Origin: Spirochaetia bacterium
Lineage (GTDB): Bacteria > Spirochaetota > Spirochaetia > UBA9216
Direction of reading: 5' to 3'
NCBI GenBank assembly: GCA_965140585.1
Contig: OZ223264.1
Coordinates: 544,001 to 608,000, forward strand
Length of the DNA stretch: 64,000 nucleotides
Shown here: positions 41,722-52,703 of the stretch, piece by piece
Position numbering within the stretch: position 1 is the stretch's first letter
Layout of the letters: each line of letters begins with the position of its first letter
Position numbers and translations under genes: made by a program
Notes under the pieces: model-generated
The model's input: only the letters and a program-made list of their open reading frames with translations
Databases searched by the model: none
What the model was told of the DNA's origin: nothing

Positions 41722-42984
41722 CTATTCCGCATCTACTTTGAGTACGGTATTGAGCAGAACGGTTGCACCCTCGGTACAGTGCTCCGGTGTTGAGTATTCC
41801 GGCTCACAGTGGGAAAGGCCGTCCTTTGACTGAACAAAAATCATTGTTGTAGGCATCATGTATGATGCGAACTGTGCATCATGACCGGCACCTGAATGGA
41901 GAACCATGTGAGATGAACCTGCTTCTTCGGCTGCTTCTTTTGCATATCCAAAAAGGGTTTTGTCCCAGTATACGGTGTCGCGGTTCCACATTTTTTCCAC
42001 TTCGCAACGGCATCCGGCCCACTGCTTATCTGCACAGCCCTTAACTATTGCCAGAACCTGTTCAAGAACTTCCGGTTTTTCATGGCGGACATCAATACAG
42101 AAATCAACATAATCGGGAACACAGGTGTGTACGTTCGGATGAAGTACGATTTCACCAGTTGTGTAAACAAGTTCGGGGTATCCGAGTTTGTCTATCTCTT
42201 CATGCAGATGCATAATGGTCTGTGAAGCGGCAAATAGGGCATCTTTTCTCTTGGGCATCGGGAAGGTTCCCGCATGCACAGTCTGTCCGTAGAACCTGAA
42301 GCGGTAGTTGAACATTCCAAGCACACAGTCAACTATACCGACATCTTTTCCTGCATCTTCAAGGATTGGCCCCTGCTCAATATGGATTTCGAACATGCAT
42401 TTATAGTTGTCTTTATTGAGACGGAATTTTTTGTCACCCTTGAACCCGGAACGATCGAGCGCAGCGCCGAATGTGTCTTCGCCGTCAAGGACACTCTTTG
42501 ATTTCATCATATCTTCATACTTAAACTTGCCTTTGATTGCATCAGGAAGATAATCGTAGCAGACGATTCCTGAAACCATCATTGCAGGCGGATAAAGTGA
42601 ACCTTCTTCATTCGTCCAAATCATTGCGGTAAGCGGATGTTTATGAGGGATGTTCTGATCGACTACGGCTTCAAGAACTTCCATTGCCGACATTACTCCG
42701 AGAATACCGTCGTAATTTCCGCCGTTCTTTACAGAATCCGTATGCGAGCCCATTACAATTCGTTTTGCATCGGGATCGCTGCCGGGAAGTGTCGCATACA
42801 TATTTGCAACATCATCAACCTCTATAACTGCACCTATTGCTTCCATTCGTTTTTTGAACTCATTTCTTGCAAGGGTATCTTCGGGAGAAAGGGTATATCT
42901 TGTGATTCCGCCGTGACCGGCATCCCCGAATTTACTGAAAGTTGTAATCTTGTCTGTCATTCTTTCAAGACTGCATTTATACAT
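41722..42984 (-). CDS. M20 Zn-dependent hydrolase (N-carbamoyl-amino-acid amidohydrolase / beta-ureidopropionase type)
   Basis: GSHTDSV..GG.YDG..G, NEEG, EIHIEQGP, HAGT.PM, SGAGHDA, SHC..E. Confidence 0.92.
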   Translation of the reverse strand: MYKCSLERMTDKITTFSKFGDAGHGGITRYTLSPEDTLARNEFKKRMEAIGAVIEVDDVANMYATLPGSDPDAKRIVMGSHTDSVKNGGNYDGILGVMSAMEVLEAVVDQNIPHKHPLTAMIWTNEEGSLYPPAMMVSGIVCYDYLPDAIKGKFKYEDMMKSKSVLDGEDTFGAALDRSGFKGDKKFRLNKDNYKCMFEIHIEQGPILEDAGKDVGIVDCVLGMFNYRFRFYGQTVHAGTFPMPKRKDALFAASQTIMHLHEEIDKLGYPELVYTTGEIVLHPNVHTCVPDYVDFCIDVRHEKPEVLEQVLAIVKGCADKQWAGCRCEVEKMWNRDTVYWDKTLFGYAKEAAEEAGSSHMVLHSGAGHDAQFASYMMPTTMIFVQSKDGLSHCEPEYSTPEHCTEGATVLLNTVLKVDAE

Positions 42985-43123
42985 AAAAACCACCTTAAGA
43001 TCTGTTTATAACAGGATATGCCCATATCGAGATTCGGGCAAGGGAAAATAAAATATTTGACTTTCAATAATAAAAAATTAGAATATAGTATAGAACTTAT
43101 TCGGTGAAGCTCGGGGTCATTGC

Positions 43124-45481
43124 TTGATAAAAAAAACATTTTTCGATTATCGGAAACAGACTGTATTATATATGCTCCTCTACTTCCTATTTCTGGAAAC
43201 AGTACTTATAAATATTTTCTGGTTCAGACATCACAGTTTTGATGAGTTTCATAAATTTGAATTTTTTTTTCAAAGCGCAGTTATAGCAGGAGTCAGTATT
43301 CTTACCACGCAGCTTCGGATAAGACTCATTGAACTGAGACTGTTCAGAAAGCTGAATCCGTATATTGAATTCATACTCAGTAAAGAGCTTAAAGTCCTTC
43401 AAATTAACGACAAAGCCAGGCAGTTTTTTGGAATCGAAGATCTTCCTGAGAGAAAGGCAAAGCTTTTCGTTGGTATCTGGGTCAGGAATAATATTGCAAA
43501 ATCAAGATTGTTTGTTCCGGAAAAGTTTGAATACCGGAGTTTCGGTTCTACTGTTCTCTTTACCAAAAGTATTGAGCCGCAGACCGGAAATCTTCTGTTC
43601 TTCGGTGTGGATATAACTGACCAGAAGGTTAATGAACAGGAGATCCGCCGACTACTGACGGCTATAGAACAGAGTGCCGTATCAGTAGTGACTACTGATG
43701 CTGACGGAAACATTACCTATGCAAACAAGGCTTTTGAAGAAATTACCGGGTTTACCCGACTTGAGGTTTTCGGTAAAAACCCGCGAATATTCGGCAGCGG
43801 GTTTCATGATGATGAATTCTACAGCCAGCTCTGGCACACAATCAGTACAGGCAATGTCTGGACAGGAACCTTCCTTAACAGAAAGAAGGACGGAGAGCAT
43901 TACTGGGAAGAGGCCATTATTACTCCCATATGCAATGATGAAAATGAGATAACAGCATTTATAGCTCTAAAAGAGGACATAACCAAAAGAAAGCAGTTTG
44001 AGCAGGAGCTACGTCTGGCAAAAGAAGAAGCTGAAAAAGCGAATGCTCTAAAGACCGAGTTTCTTGCCAATATGTCACATGAAATACGGACTCCGCTTAA
44101 TGCTATACTGGGATTCAACGACATACTTATGTCTCAGGAAGATGATCCTGAAAAAGCTGAAATGCTTAAGCTGATGAAAAAATCAGGTTCAGATCTGCTT
44201 GGCCTCATAAGTGAAATTCTGGATCTTTCCAAAATTGAGGCGGATAAGGTCAAAATTGAATACCGTGAATTCTCTGTCATGACTCTTTTTGAAGAACTTG
44301 AAAGGCAGTTCGAGGTACTCACCGCCGATAAGGATGTCAAACTGGAATTTCTTGAATCCCCGGGTATTCCCAGACTGCTGATAGGAGGGGAAGTCCAGAT
44401 AAAGCAGGTTCTAACCAATTTAATCGGAAATGCAGTCAAGTTTACCGATTCAGGCTTTATCAGAACTTCGGCTACCTATGAGAACGGGGTTCTGCAGCTT
44501 GAGGTCGCGGATTCGGGAATAGGTATTACAGATGATGTTCGTACTAAGATTTTTGATGCCTTTGCGCAGGGTAATATCGGAACTAAGAGGAAATATGAAG
44601 GCACAGGTCTGGGGCTGACTATCTCCAAAAGACTGATTGACCTAATGGACGGCTCAATTAATGTTGAGAGTTCACCGGGGAATGGTTCGGTTTTTAGAGT
44701 GAATATCCCGCTTCTACCGGTTTCCGTGCCTTCAGAGGAGGAAGTTCTTGCTGTAATTCCCCTGGATGAAGAAGATGAAACAAATGAGTCTGGTCGCGGA
44801 AGCCGTGAAGCTGAGCAGGTAACGCCTGAGCTTCTTGTTTTTTTTGATGAGAAGGTGGACAGTCTGCTGATTCAGAAAATACTTGAATCAGCCAGAATAC
44901 AGGCAGATTATACTCTTGAAGCTTCTGAATTTCAGAAACTCTATCATGAAGGACAATACAGCATAATAATTCTGGACTTCAGCAGGGCATTTCAGGACCA
45001 TATGCATTTTATTAATACGATACATCAGAACAGGGATAAAGCTCCTTTTACAATAATTATTACCGGTGATGCCATGGCAGGGTCCGAAGAAAAATATCTT
45101 GATATGGGTTTTGATCTGTATATATCCAAACCGCTGGACAGAAGGCGACTATTGGAAGTGATCACAGGACATCTTGGAGAAGGTATCCCTGCAAATGAAA
45201 ACTTCGGCAGATATGATCTCAGCGGGCTTTCCATTGCCGAGTACAGCCGGCTTTCAAAAGAGCTTTTAACTCTTGAAGATGTTTTTAGTTCCAATGATAT
45301 AGACGGGCTTCTTTCCGTATCTGAAAAGATATCTTTAATATCTGATTCCGATGTTATCAGCAGAATTTCTGAGGATCTAAGACGTATATGGGAGCATATT
45401 GATGAAAAAGCTCTTGCCGAGTTTATAAGCAGTATGAAACCGATGATTGAAAAAAGTGAAGGTCGAGAGAATGGTGAATAA
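43124..45481 (+). CDS. PAS-domain hybrid sensor histidine kinase
   Basis: 2 TMs, PAS, FLANMSHEIRTPLN H-box, NAVKFT, DSGIG, GTGLGL, C-terminal receiver (IILD...T...KP). Confidence 0.93.
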   Translation: MIKKTFFDYRKQTVLYMLLYFLFLETVLINIFWFRHHSFDEFHKFEFFFQSAVIAGVSILTTQLRIRLIELRLFRKLNPYIEFILSKELKVLQINDKARQFFGIEDLPERKAKLFVGIWVRNNIAKSRLFVPEKFEYRSFGSTVLFTKSIEPQTGNLLFFGVDITDQKVNEQEIRRLLTAIEQSAVSVVTTDADGNITYANKAFEEITGFTRLEVFGKNPRIFGSGFHDDEFYSQLWHTISTGNVWTGTFLNRKKDGEHYWEEAIITPICNDENEITAFIALKEDITKRKQFEQELRLAKEEAEKANALKTEFLANMSHEIRTPLNAILGFNDILMSQEDDPEKAEMLKLMKKSGSDLLGLISEILDLSKIEADKVKIEYREFSVMTLFEELERQFEVLTADKDVKLEFLESPGIPRLLIGGEVQIKQVLTNLIGNAVKFTDSGFIRTSATYENGVLQLEVADSGIGITDDVRTKIFDAFAQGNIGTKRKYEGTGLGLTISKRLIDLMDGSINVESSPGNGSVFRVNIPLLPVSVPSEEEVLAVIPLDEEDETNESGRGSREAEQVTPELLVFFDEKVDSLLIQKILESARIQADYTLEASEFQKLYHEGQYSIIILDFSRAFQDHMHFINTIHQNRDKAPFTIIITGDAMAGSEEKYLDMGFDLYISKPLDRRRLLEVITGHLGEGIPANENFGRYDLSGLSIAEYSRLSKELLTLEDVFSSNDIDGLLSVSEKISLISDSDVISRISEDLRRIWEHIDEKALAEFISSMKPMIEKSEGRENGE

Positions 45482-47108
45482 TAATTTTCAGGCTACGGTA
45501 CTTATTGTTGATGACAACAAGATTAACACTGAAATAATCGTTGCAATGTTGAAGGATAAGTATAACCTTCGGGTGGCAAGAAACGGTGAAGAATGCCTTA
45601 AGCGCTGCAGGATAAAGCCTTATCCGGATATCATTCTGCTCGATATTATGATGCCGGTAATGGATGGTTATGAGACGATCATCGAGCTGAAGAAAGACTC
45701 GCTTACACATGATATCCCGGTTGTTTTTTTAACAGCGCTTTCAGATTCTGAAGATATCGTAAAGGGTTTTAATCTGGGGGCAGTGGACTATCTAACAAAA
45801 CCCTTTAATATGACAGAGCTGTTAGCCAGGATAAAAACACATGTAGAGCTTCAGCAGGTAAGAAAACAGATTCAGTCCCAGAATGCAGTTCTTGAAAATT
45901 TGAATATAGCACTTCAGGATAAGATTGATGAGCAGAAAACTTATATTGAAAAAGCAAAAATTCTACAGGATTCTCTAATTCAGAGGGAGCTTCCGTTTTT
46001 TAGGGAATTCAGTATTCAGGCTCTGTACATGCCCTGTGAAGATTTGGGGGGGGACTTCTTCTCAATAAACCGGGGTTTCTGCAGCGACAAACTCGTTCTT
46101 GTTTTAGGCGACTGTACCGGTCACGGAATCCAGTCTTCTCTCGAAGCCTCCTTTCTTACAAGTGTGGTTCAGGCTAAGATGTCTCTCCTTTTCGATAGCG
46201 GAGATACAGGAGCATTTCTTTCTCAGGTAAACCGAAGTGTTATCAGGATCACGGATGAAGATCATTTTCCTACAATGCTTGTCTGTATACTTGACCTCAA
46301 CAGCATGGTTCTTACCTATTCGAGCGCAAACGGAGTACTTCCCGTCTTGATTAGAGCAGGAGTGATCAGTTCAATTCCCAGAGCCTCCGGGATGCACCTT
46401 GGATATGATATCTCCACTGAATATGAGACCTGCAGGCTCAATCTTGAGAAAAATGATAGGCTTTTACTATTTTCTGATGCAGTATTTGAGTTTAACGCTG
46501 AAAATGATGGTATAGCGGGAATTGAAATGTTTACCCGGCTACTTAAAAATATTCCAGACGGGCCTGAGCCTGATTTTGAGAAACTAATTAAAAAACTTGG
46601 AGAAGCAGCAGGCAGGCTTCCGCTTGAAGACGACACAACAATAATTCAGATAGACTTCGCAGGAGCCCTTAGTAAGGACTTTTTCTTTTCAGAACTGGAC
46701 GGTTTGAAATCTGTACTCTCGGAGATTGAATTAATGCTTATTAAAACGGGATATTCAACAGATGAGGTTCGGAAAATGTGTATCGGACTGGATGAAATGT
46801 GCCTCAATGCCTATTTCCACGGAAACAAGGAAGATACGCTGAAGAGTGTAACTATCAGTGCAGAAATCAACTGTGAAGAAGTGAGGTTTACAGTAACGGA
46901 TATGGGGGAAGGTTTTGAGCCGGCTGGAGTGCGGGATCCTGTCGAAAATATTCTGGAAATTTATGAGGCGGATAATCCGGAGGAGTACACCCACGGACGG
47001 GGAATTGCCGTGACAACAATGTTCTATGACAGTGTTGATTACAGTGAGTCAGGAAACTCAGTGACTCTTAGAAGGAAAAAAAGCATAAAAGATGTAAAAT
47101 TTATTTAA
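45471..47108 (+). CDS. REC-PP2C(SpoIIE)-RsbW-type kinase fusion (CrsR/HsbR-like partner-switch regulator)
   Basis: REC VDD/LLDIMMP/KPF; PP2C GGDFF, GDCTGHG, FSD, EDDTT; kinase EMCLNAYFHG, DMGEGF, GRG. Confidence 0.9.
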   Translation: MVNNNFQATVLIVDDNKINTEIIVAMLKDKYNLRVARNGEECLKRCRIKPYPDIILLDIMMPVMDGYETIIELKKDSLTHDIPVVFLTALSDSEDIVKGFNLGAVDYLTKPFNMTELLARIKTHVELQQVRKQIQSQNAVLENLNIALQDKIDEQKTYIEKAKILQDSLIQRELPFFREFSIQALYMPCEDLGGDFFSINRGFCSDKLVLVLGDCTGHGIQSSLEASFLTSVVQAKMSLLFDSGDTGAFLSQVNRSVIRITDEDHFPTMLVCILDLNSMVLTYSSANGVLPVLIRAGVISSIPRASGMHLGYDISTEYETCRLNLEKNDRLLLFSDAVFEFNAENDGIAGIEMFTRLLKNIPDGPEPDFEKLIKKLGEAAGRLPLEDDTTIIQIDFAGALSKDFFFSELDGLKSVLSEIELMLIKTGYSTDEVRKMCIGLDEMCLNAYFHGNKEDTLKSVTISAEINCEEVRFTVTDMGEGFEPAGVRDPVENILEIYEADNPEEYTHGRGIAVTTMFYDSVDYSESGNSVTLRRKKSIKDVKFI

Positions 47109-47240
47109 TTTTTACTAAAAAGCAGGATGTGATTTGATTTGGCAAATTCCATTTTCTATAATTTAATAAAGGTTTATGTGCAAAATAAATAGATGGAGCT
47201 TTCTAAAGTTGTCATTGATTATAGAAATGGAGAGTATTTT

Positions 47241-49292
47241 ATGAAACTTAGAACTAAAATATCGCTGGGATTCGGAGTTCTTCTGCTCCTTGTCATAGTT
47301 GTCGGTGTTATTGCCATCCTTCAGTTTGGAATTGCATCACGGGGCTTTACCGAATACCGCGCCCTTGCACGTGATACAAATCTTGCCAGCCGCCTGCAGA
47401 TCAACATGCTTATGGTTCGAATGAATGTAAAAGACTTCATCATCTCAGGGCTTGAAAAGGACGTACAGGAGTATAACAGCTATCTTGCGGAAATGACCAA
47501 AGATCTGGAAATCGCTTCTGACGAAATTCAGAATCCGGAACGGGCCAAGCTTATAAAGCAGGTTCTGGATAATGTTACCGAGTATCAATCGGGTTTTGAG
47601 GAGGTCCAGAAATTTCAGGCTATGCGTAATGACCATGTAGATAATTATCTGAATGTCCTGGGGCCTGAAATGGAACGGAGCCTGACCGATATTCTAGTTT
47701 CAGCGGAGGCTGACGGTGATACAGCCGCCGCTTTTTATTCAGCCCTTGTAATGCGGAACCTGCTTCTTGCCAGGCTCTATATTGTTAAGTTTCTTGATGA
47801 TAATGAAGATTCAAATGTAGACCGGGTTAACCTTGAAATCACTAAAATGGATGAGAACCTTAACCTTCTGGATGCATCGCTTGAGAATGCGGAAAGAAGA
47901 AGTCTTATGCAGGATGTAATATCTGCCAGGGAAATTTACCTTGAAAATTTTACTCTTGTTGTTAACGCCATCAGAGAAAGAAATTATCTTATAACAAACC
48001 ATCTTGATGTTCTGGGCCCGGAAATTGCCGGCTGGCTTGATGATGTAACTCTTTCTGTCCAGGTCGATCAGGATGAGCTTGGGCCGAGACTCCAGGCATC
48101 AAACAACAAGGCAATGATAATGATAATTATCATTCTGGCGGTTGCAATGGCTGTGGGGATCCTTATAGCGGTTATTACCGTTTCCTCTGTTCTAAAACAG
48201 CTTGGTTCTGATCCTGCCGAGCTGATGGTTCTTTCTGAAACCATATCAAAGGGAGATCTGACCTCCAGAGAAGGCCAATCATCAGAAAATAGTGTAGGGG
48301 TTTTTAACTCTATGCTGGTAATGAAGGAGAAACTGGCTGAAATAGTGGCAACAGTTCTTGCCGGTTCAGAACAGATTGCTTCGGCAAGTGAGCAGCTTGC
48401 CTCCGGTAACCAGGATCTTTCGAACCGTACCGAGCAGCAGGCCTCCGCTCTGGAGGAAACCTCTTCTGCTATTGAAGAAATGAATGCTTCGGTTAAATCA
48501 AATGCCGACAACACAACCTCAGCAGATAAACTTGCACGTGATGCTGCTACACGGGCTGAGGAAGGTTCGGAAGCTGTCCGTGAAATGGTTGTCGCCATGA
48601 ATGAAATCAATGAATCAAGTACCCGCATAGCGGATATTATTGAGGTTATAAACAACATCGCATTCCAGACAAACCTGCTGGCTCTCAATGCTTCAATCGA
48701 GGCTGCCCGTGCAGGAGAGCAGGGTAAAGGCTTTGCAGTAGTAGCTGTTGAAGTAAGAAAGCTTGCCAAACGATCCGACCGTGCAGCCAGGGAAATTGCA
48801 GACATAATAAAAGAAAGCGGCCGAAAGGTTGAAGAAGGTGTGGATGTTGCAAACAGTGCAGGCAGCATGCTCGAGGAAATTAATGCTTCGATCAGAAAGG
48901 TTACTGCCCTTGTTGCAGAAATATCGGCGGCTTCCCAGGAACAGTTATCAAGTGTTGATCAGATTGATAAGACTCTTGCCAGTCTTGACGAGAACACCCA
49001 GAAGAATGCTGCCATGGTTGAAGAAGCTGCTTCTGCTACAGAGGAGCTTTCCGGACAGGCACAGGAACTTAACACTACAATGCAGTTCTTTAGGCTTGAT
49101 ATGGTCGGTCGAAAAAAGCAGAAACCGCAGCTTACTACCGGAATTACTCTTTCGGACAAGAAGGATAAAAAGGAAAAGAATTCAAAACCCCAGCTTCCTA
49201 AACCTGAAAAGAAAGCTACTGCTGATGAAGAATTTGGTCCTTATGATACCTTCTCCGAACTTGCAAATGAAGGGGAGTTTGATGAGTTCTAA
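47241..49292 (+). CDS. Methyl-accepting chemotaxis protein, helical periplasmic sensor, C-terminal pentapeptide EFDEF
   Basis: [42 protein letters not shown]; SD GGAG supports ATG 47241. Confidence 0.95.
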   Translation: MKLRTKISLGFGVLLLLVIVVGVIAILQFGIASRGFTEYRALARDTNLASRLQINMLMVRMNVKDFIISGLEKDVQEYNSYLAEMTKDLEIASDEIQNPERAKLIKQVLDNVTEYQSGFEEVQKFQAMRNDHVDNYLNVLGPEMERSLTDILVSAEADGDTAAAFYSALVMRNLLLARLYIVKFLDDNEDSNVDRVNLEITKMDENLNLLDASLENAERRSLMQDVISAREIYLENFTLVVNAIRERNYLITNHLDVLGPEIAGWLDDVTLSVQVDQDELGPRLQASNNKAMIMIIIILAVAMAVGILIAVITVSSVLKQLGSDPAELMVLSETISKGDLTSREGQSSENSVGVFNSMLVMKEKLAEIVATVLAGSEQIASASEQLASGNQDLSNRTEQQASALEETSSAIEEMNASVKSNADNTTSADKLARDAATRAEEGSEAVREMVVAMNEINESSTRIADIIEVINNIAFQTNLLALNASIEAARAGEQGKGFAVVAVEVRKLAKRSDRAAREIADIIKESGRKVEEGVDVANSAGSMLEEINASIRKVTALVAEISAASQEQLSSVDQIDKTLASLDENTQKNAAMVEEAASATEELSGQAQELNTTMQFFRLDMVGRKKQKPQLTTGITLSDKKDKKEKNSKPQLPKPEKKATADEEFGPYDTFSELANEGEFDEF

Positions 49293-49881
49293 AGAGTCTG
49301 AATATAAAGAAGTGGAGAAAACTAAAGAAATGACGGCAGAACAGAAGTTCTCTGAAATCTATCAGGATATGGACAACGAAGATGAGGATATGCTTGTAAG
49401 TCAGCTTAATATGGATGTGACTAACCAGTATGTTGTTTTTTCGGTAGGTGAAGAAGAATACGGAATTCCCATCCTGTCAGTACAGGAAATTATTTCACTT
49501 CCGAATTTGACACGTATTCCGGGTATTCCGGAATATATACCGGGGATCATAAACCTCAGAGGGAATATTATTCCGCTTTACATCCTCCGCAGCAAATTCA
49601 GGCTGACTCTTGAAGAGCTTGGTGAGGATACAATTGTTATTATTGTGCAGATTGGCACCGAGCAGACAAAGACTGTCGGTCTGATTGTAGATGCTGTTTC
49701 TGATGTTGTAAGCATAACAGCCGAGGATCAGCGTGAGACACCGGATTTTAACGGGAATATTGATGTTAGTTTTGTGGATAGAATAGGGCAGATTGGTCAG
49801 CGAATGGTAATTCTGATCAGTCTTGATAATTTTTTCACTGAGAAAGAAATCAGTGTAATTGAAACTGCAGGGAAGGCATAA
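49282..49881 (+). CDS. cheW: Chemotaxis coupling protein CheW
   Basis: [32 protein letters not shown]; SD GGGGAG before ATG 49282. Confidence 0.93.
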   Translation: MSSKESEYKEVEKTKEMTAEQKFSEIYQDMDNEDEDMLVSQLNMDVTNQYVVFSVGEEEYGIPILSVQEIISLPNLTRIPGIPEYIPGIINLRGNIIPLYILRSKFRLTLEELGEDTIVIIVQIGTEQTKTVGLIVDAVSDVVSITAEDQRETPDFNGNIDVSFVDRIGQIGQRMVILISLDNFFTEKEISVIETAGKA

Positions 49882-50540
49882 TGAGAGTTACGATAGTAAT
49901 CGGCGATGAGAACAGGATTTCATTGAATCCTGATTCAGTTCCTGATCGTAAATTTGTATATTTCAGATCCAACGAAGAATCATATCTTTACCATCTTGAA
50001 CATCCTGAGGTTGATTCCTATCTGCTGCTCGCCGGAGATCTGCGTCATGAGCTGTTAAGTAAAATTATCAGTCATATAGGACTACTGAATGAAATGACTC
50101 CGGTTTTTCTACTGGGGTCTACCGTGGACGGTCCTGATGATTCTGTTGAGTTTAAAAATACCGTCAGATGCAGAACCTCTGACGAGTTTCTCAGCAATCT
50201 TGAGGCTGTACCGGAATCTCACCGAAAATTCAACCGTGTTGAATGGCCGGTAAAAGCCGGAATAACTGACCATGAAAAACAGTCTAAGGATAAGGGGCTT
50301 GTATTATCCATTTCATCAGGTGGCTGCCTCATAAAGTCTGACTACAGGACTGAACCGGGTGATTTTCTGCTCATTACAATTATATTTCAAAATTTTGATT
50401 TTATGGCTGAAGGCGATGTTCGGCGTACTGAACCGGGAAAGTTTGCCATTCAATTTACGGATGTTTCACTTCAGACAAAAAATTTCATACAGGAAATTAT
50501 CGATGAGAAAATTCTTTCTGAACTTAAGGAACTTGATTAA
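49881..50540 (+). CDS. PilZ-domain protein
   Basis: RKFNR (RxxxR), SISSGG (variant D/NxSxxG), FAIQF. Confidence 0.75.
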   Translation: MRVTIVIGDENRISLNPDSVPDRKFVYFRSNEESYLYHLEHPEVDSYLLLAGDLRHELLSKIISHIGLLNEMTPVFLLGSTVDGPDDSVEFKNTVRCRTSDEFLSNLEAVPESHRKFNRVEWPVKAGITDHEKQSKDKGLVLSISSGGCLIKSDYRTEPGDFLLITIIFQNFDFMAEGDVRRTEPGKFAIQFTDVSLQTKNFIQEIIDEKILSELKELD

Positions 50541-50548
50541 AATAATTT

Positions 50549-52423
50549 ATGAAAATTGAAAAAACAATACAAAATGGAAAATCTATCAGTACCCAGCTTG
50601 AGCCCTTTGTTTCCAGTCTTCAGATTTTTATAAATAAATATCAGGAAATAATGATAAAAATATCTGAGTCGCTTCCGGAAATAGAACGGAGAATAGAAGA
50701 TAATATTCTTGAAGCCAGAGAGCTACTCAATTTTCTTTTTGCTCCGTCAGGTCAGGAACAGACTTATGGTGTCAAGAATGAGATAATTAAATTCCGTACC
50801 CATCTGGACAGCATACTTGAAGATCTCGGTAATATGAACGAGATGGATCAACGGACTCTCTCCGATCTTAAGCAGGCAATAGAGATATCAAACAATACCG
50901 CGAAGGAAATGGAAAGTATTTTTAATATTTCTGAAAATCTCAAGGTCTATGCCATCAATTCGATTGTAAATTCCAGAAAGGCCGGTGAAAGCGGACGCGG
51001 GTATCAGATGATTTCTTCCGAGTTTATTAAGCTGTCGGAGCGCATAGCTTCTGGAACGAAAGAGATCAGTGAAGCCGGAGCTCAGGTACAATCTGAAATT
51101 GAAACATTTCTGAAAGCTGTTGAGGAATTGGAAGCTTATTCAGATACTCATCTTGCAGACATTTCTACAAGTTCTGCAGATATTTTTAAGAAGGCGAATT
51201 TCAGTATCGGGAATTTTTCAAGTATTCTGAATGATCTGCTTGACCGTATAGAGAGTTCAAAGGAACCCACTTATCAGATTATGGTAGAATTACAAAAGCA
51301 GGATATAATCCATCAGCAGCTTACTCATCTTGTTGAAAATATTAATGATATACTGGTTATTCTTGATAATAATTCATCACTGCTTGATCGATATGATGAT
51401 CTTAGAGATGAAAACGAGATCGCAGAATCGCGCAGTCTTTATACCCTGCTAATTTTTCTGATTGAAAATACAGAGCATCAGATAAGCCGAATCAATTCTG
51501 AATTTTCAGAAATGGTTGGAGGGCTTGAGAGGCTGTTTATTTTGATGCATGAATCTATCACTGACGTAAGTGATGATAAGAATCTGTTTTCTGATCTCGT
51601 TCTCTCCGAAGGTGCAGGACGGGCAGCGCTCGACATTCGTGATAAAAAGTCGGTTATAAGTTATATATTCGATTCTCCCGGGCACATGCTTAAAGACATC
51701 AAAGGCGACATCAGCTCTCTTGTATCAATGAAAAAAAATATCTTGATTTTGTTTATGGATCTTGAGAAAAAAATTGAACTGAAGAAAAATCAGGCCGAAG
51801 CTTTTCTGCCGATGATTGAATCAATCAAGAATCTGCTGCTGCTCTCAAGGATAGAGCAGGCACGATACAGGCTGCATTTTTCTATCGCCGGAACAGGGCA
51901 CGATGACAAGTTTTTTAAGCAGTCCTTCAGTAACCTTGCCGAAATAATTGAGAATATTTCTATTACCCATGCCGATGTTATTGAGAAGTTTCAGCATACT
52001 CAGGAAACCTTCGGACTGCAGGAATCGCATTACATTAAAATTGAAGAGAACTTTTTGGATTCTGCAAGAACCCTTCAGCAGACAAAGGATGTTTTTCTTG
52101 AACATTTTGAAACTGTTATGGATATTACCAATGAACTTGTCTCTGAGATATCCGGATACACATCACTGTTTAAAGAGCTTCGTACACTCAATGATGTAAT
52201 AGAATCAAACCTCGATGTCAGTTCTTCAATCGTTAAAGATGTGAAGATACGTCTTGAAGATATCGGAGGAATACTGCCTCTGGAAGAATGTCATTTTAAA
52301 GATATTATCTATGAAAAGATTGTTCAGAAATGTACGGTAGCTCAGGAGTTCGAAACTATTAAGGATAATTTTACCGGATTTGAAATAGAAGAAGCCGGGA
52401 CAAACAGTATTACCCTTTTTTAG
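50549..52423 (+). CDS. Atypical soluble chemoreceptor-like coiled-coil protein
   Basis: No TM; divergent tip NLKVYAINSIVNSRKAGESGRGY..ISSE; LQKQDIIHQQL; ends ITLF. Confidence 0.7.
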   Translation: MKIEKTIQNGKSISTQLEPFVSSLQIFINKYQEIMIKISESLPEIERRIEDNILEARELLNFLFAPSGQEQTYGVKNEIIKFRTHLDSILEDLGNMNEMDQRTLSDLKQAIEISNNTAKEMESIFNISENLKVYAINSIVNSRKAGESGRGYQMISSEFIKLSERIASGTKEISEAGAQVQSEIETFLKAVEELEAYSDTHLADISTSSADIFKKANFSIGNFSSILNDLLDRIESSKEPTYQIMVELQKQDIIHQQLTHLVENINDILVILDNNSSLLDRYDDLRDENEIAESRSLYTLLIFLIENTEHQISRINSEFSEMVGGLERLFILMHESITDVSDDKNLFSDLVLSEGAGRAALDIRDKKSVISYIFDSPGHMLKDIKGDISSLVSMKKNILILFMDLEKKIELKKNQAEAFLPMIESIKNLLLLSRIEQARYRLHFSIAGTGHDDKFFKQSFSNLAEIIENISITHADVIEKFQHTQETFGLQESHYIKIEENFLDSARTLQQTKDVFLEHFETVMDITNELVSEISGYTSLFKELRTLNDVIESNLDVSSSIVKDVKIRLEDIGGILPLEECHFKDIIYEKIVQKCTVAQEFETIKDNFTGFEIEEAGTNSITLF

Positions 52424-52433
52424 GAGATGTTTT

Positions 52434-52676
52434 ATGAAAGTTGATATTCCGGAAGAATTGAGAATATACAATGTTGCTGAAGTCTGGAATGAGCTGTCCG
52501 GTGTATCGGAAGCTGTTATTGATTTCAGTAAAATGAAAGATTTTGACGGGGCAGGACTGCAGCTTATTATGAAATTACAGCTGCATATAAAAGAGAATAA
52601 ATCGGGAATGAAAATGGAAGGACTTTCTTCTGATATTATAGATAGACTACTGAAGTATGCAGCTGAATTAAATTGA
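52434..52676 (+). CDS. Small STAS-domain protein
   Basis: ELRIYNV, IDFS...DFDGAGLQLI. Confidence 0.8.
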   Translation: MKVDIPEELRIYNVAEVWNELSGVSEAVIDFSKMKDFDGAGLQLIMKLQLHIKENKSGMKMEGLSSDIIDRLLKYAAELN

Positions 52677-52703
52677 AACAGAAGAGTATAGAGGAGGAAT
52701 GAA

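Noticed and set aside
48068-48868. Long antisense ORFs opposite MCP and other genes (also 31201-31662, 6047-6622, 5138-5662)
   Set aside because: Shadow frames caused by codon bias; no recognisable motifs or ribosome-binding sites
48829-49281. Long N-terminal extension of CheW overlapping the MCP gene
   Set aside because: It is an alternate frame inside the MCP gene; the SD and ATG at 49282 give a normal CheW
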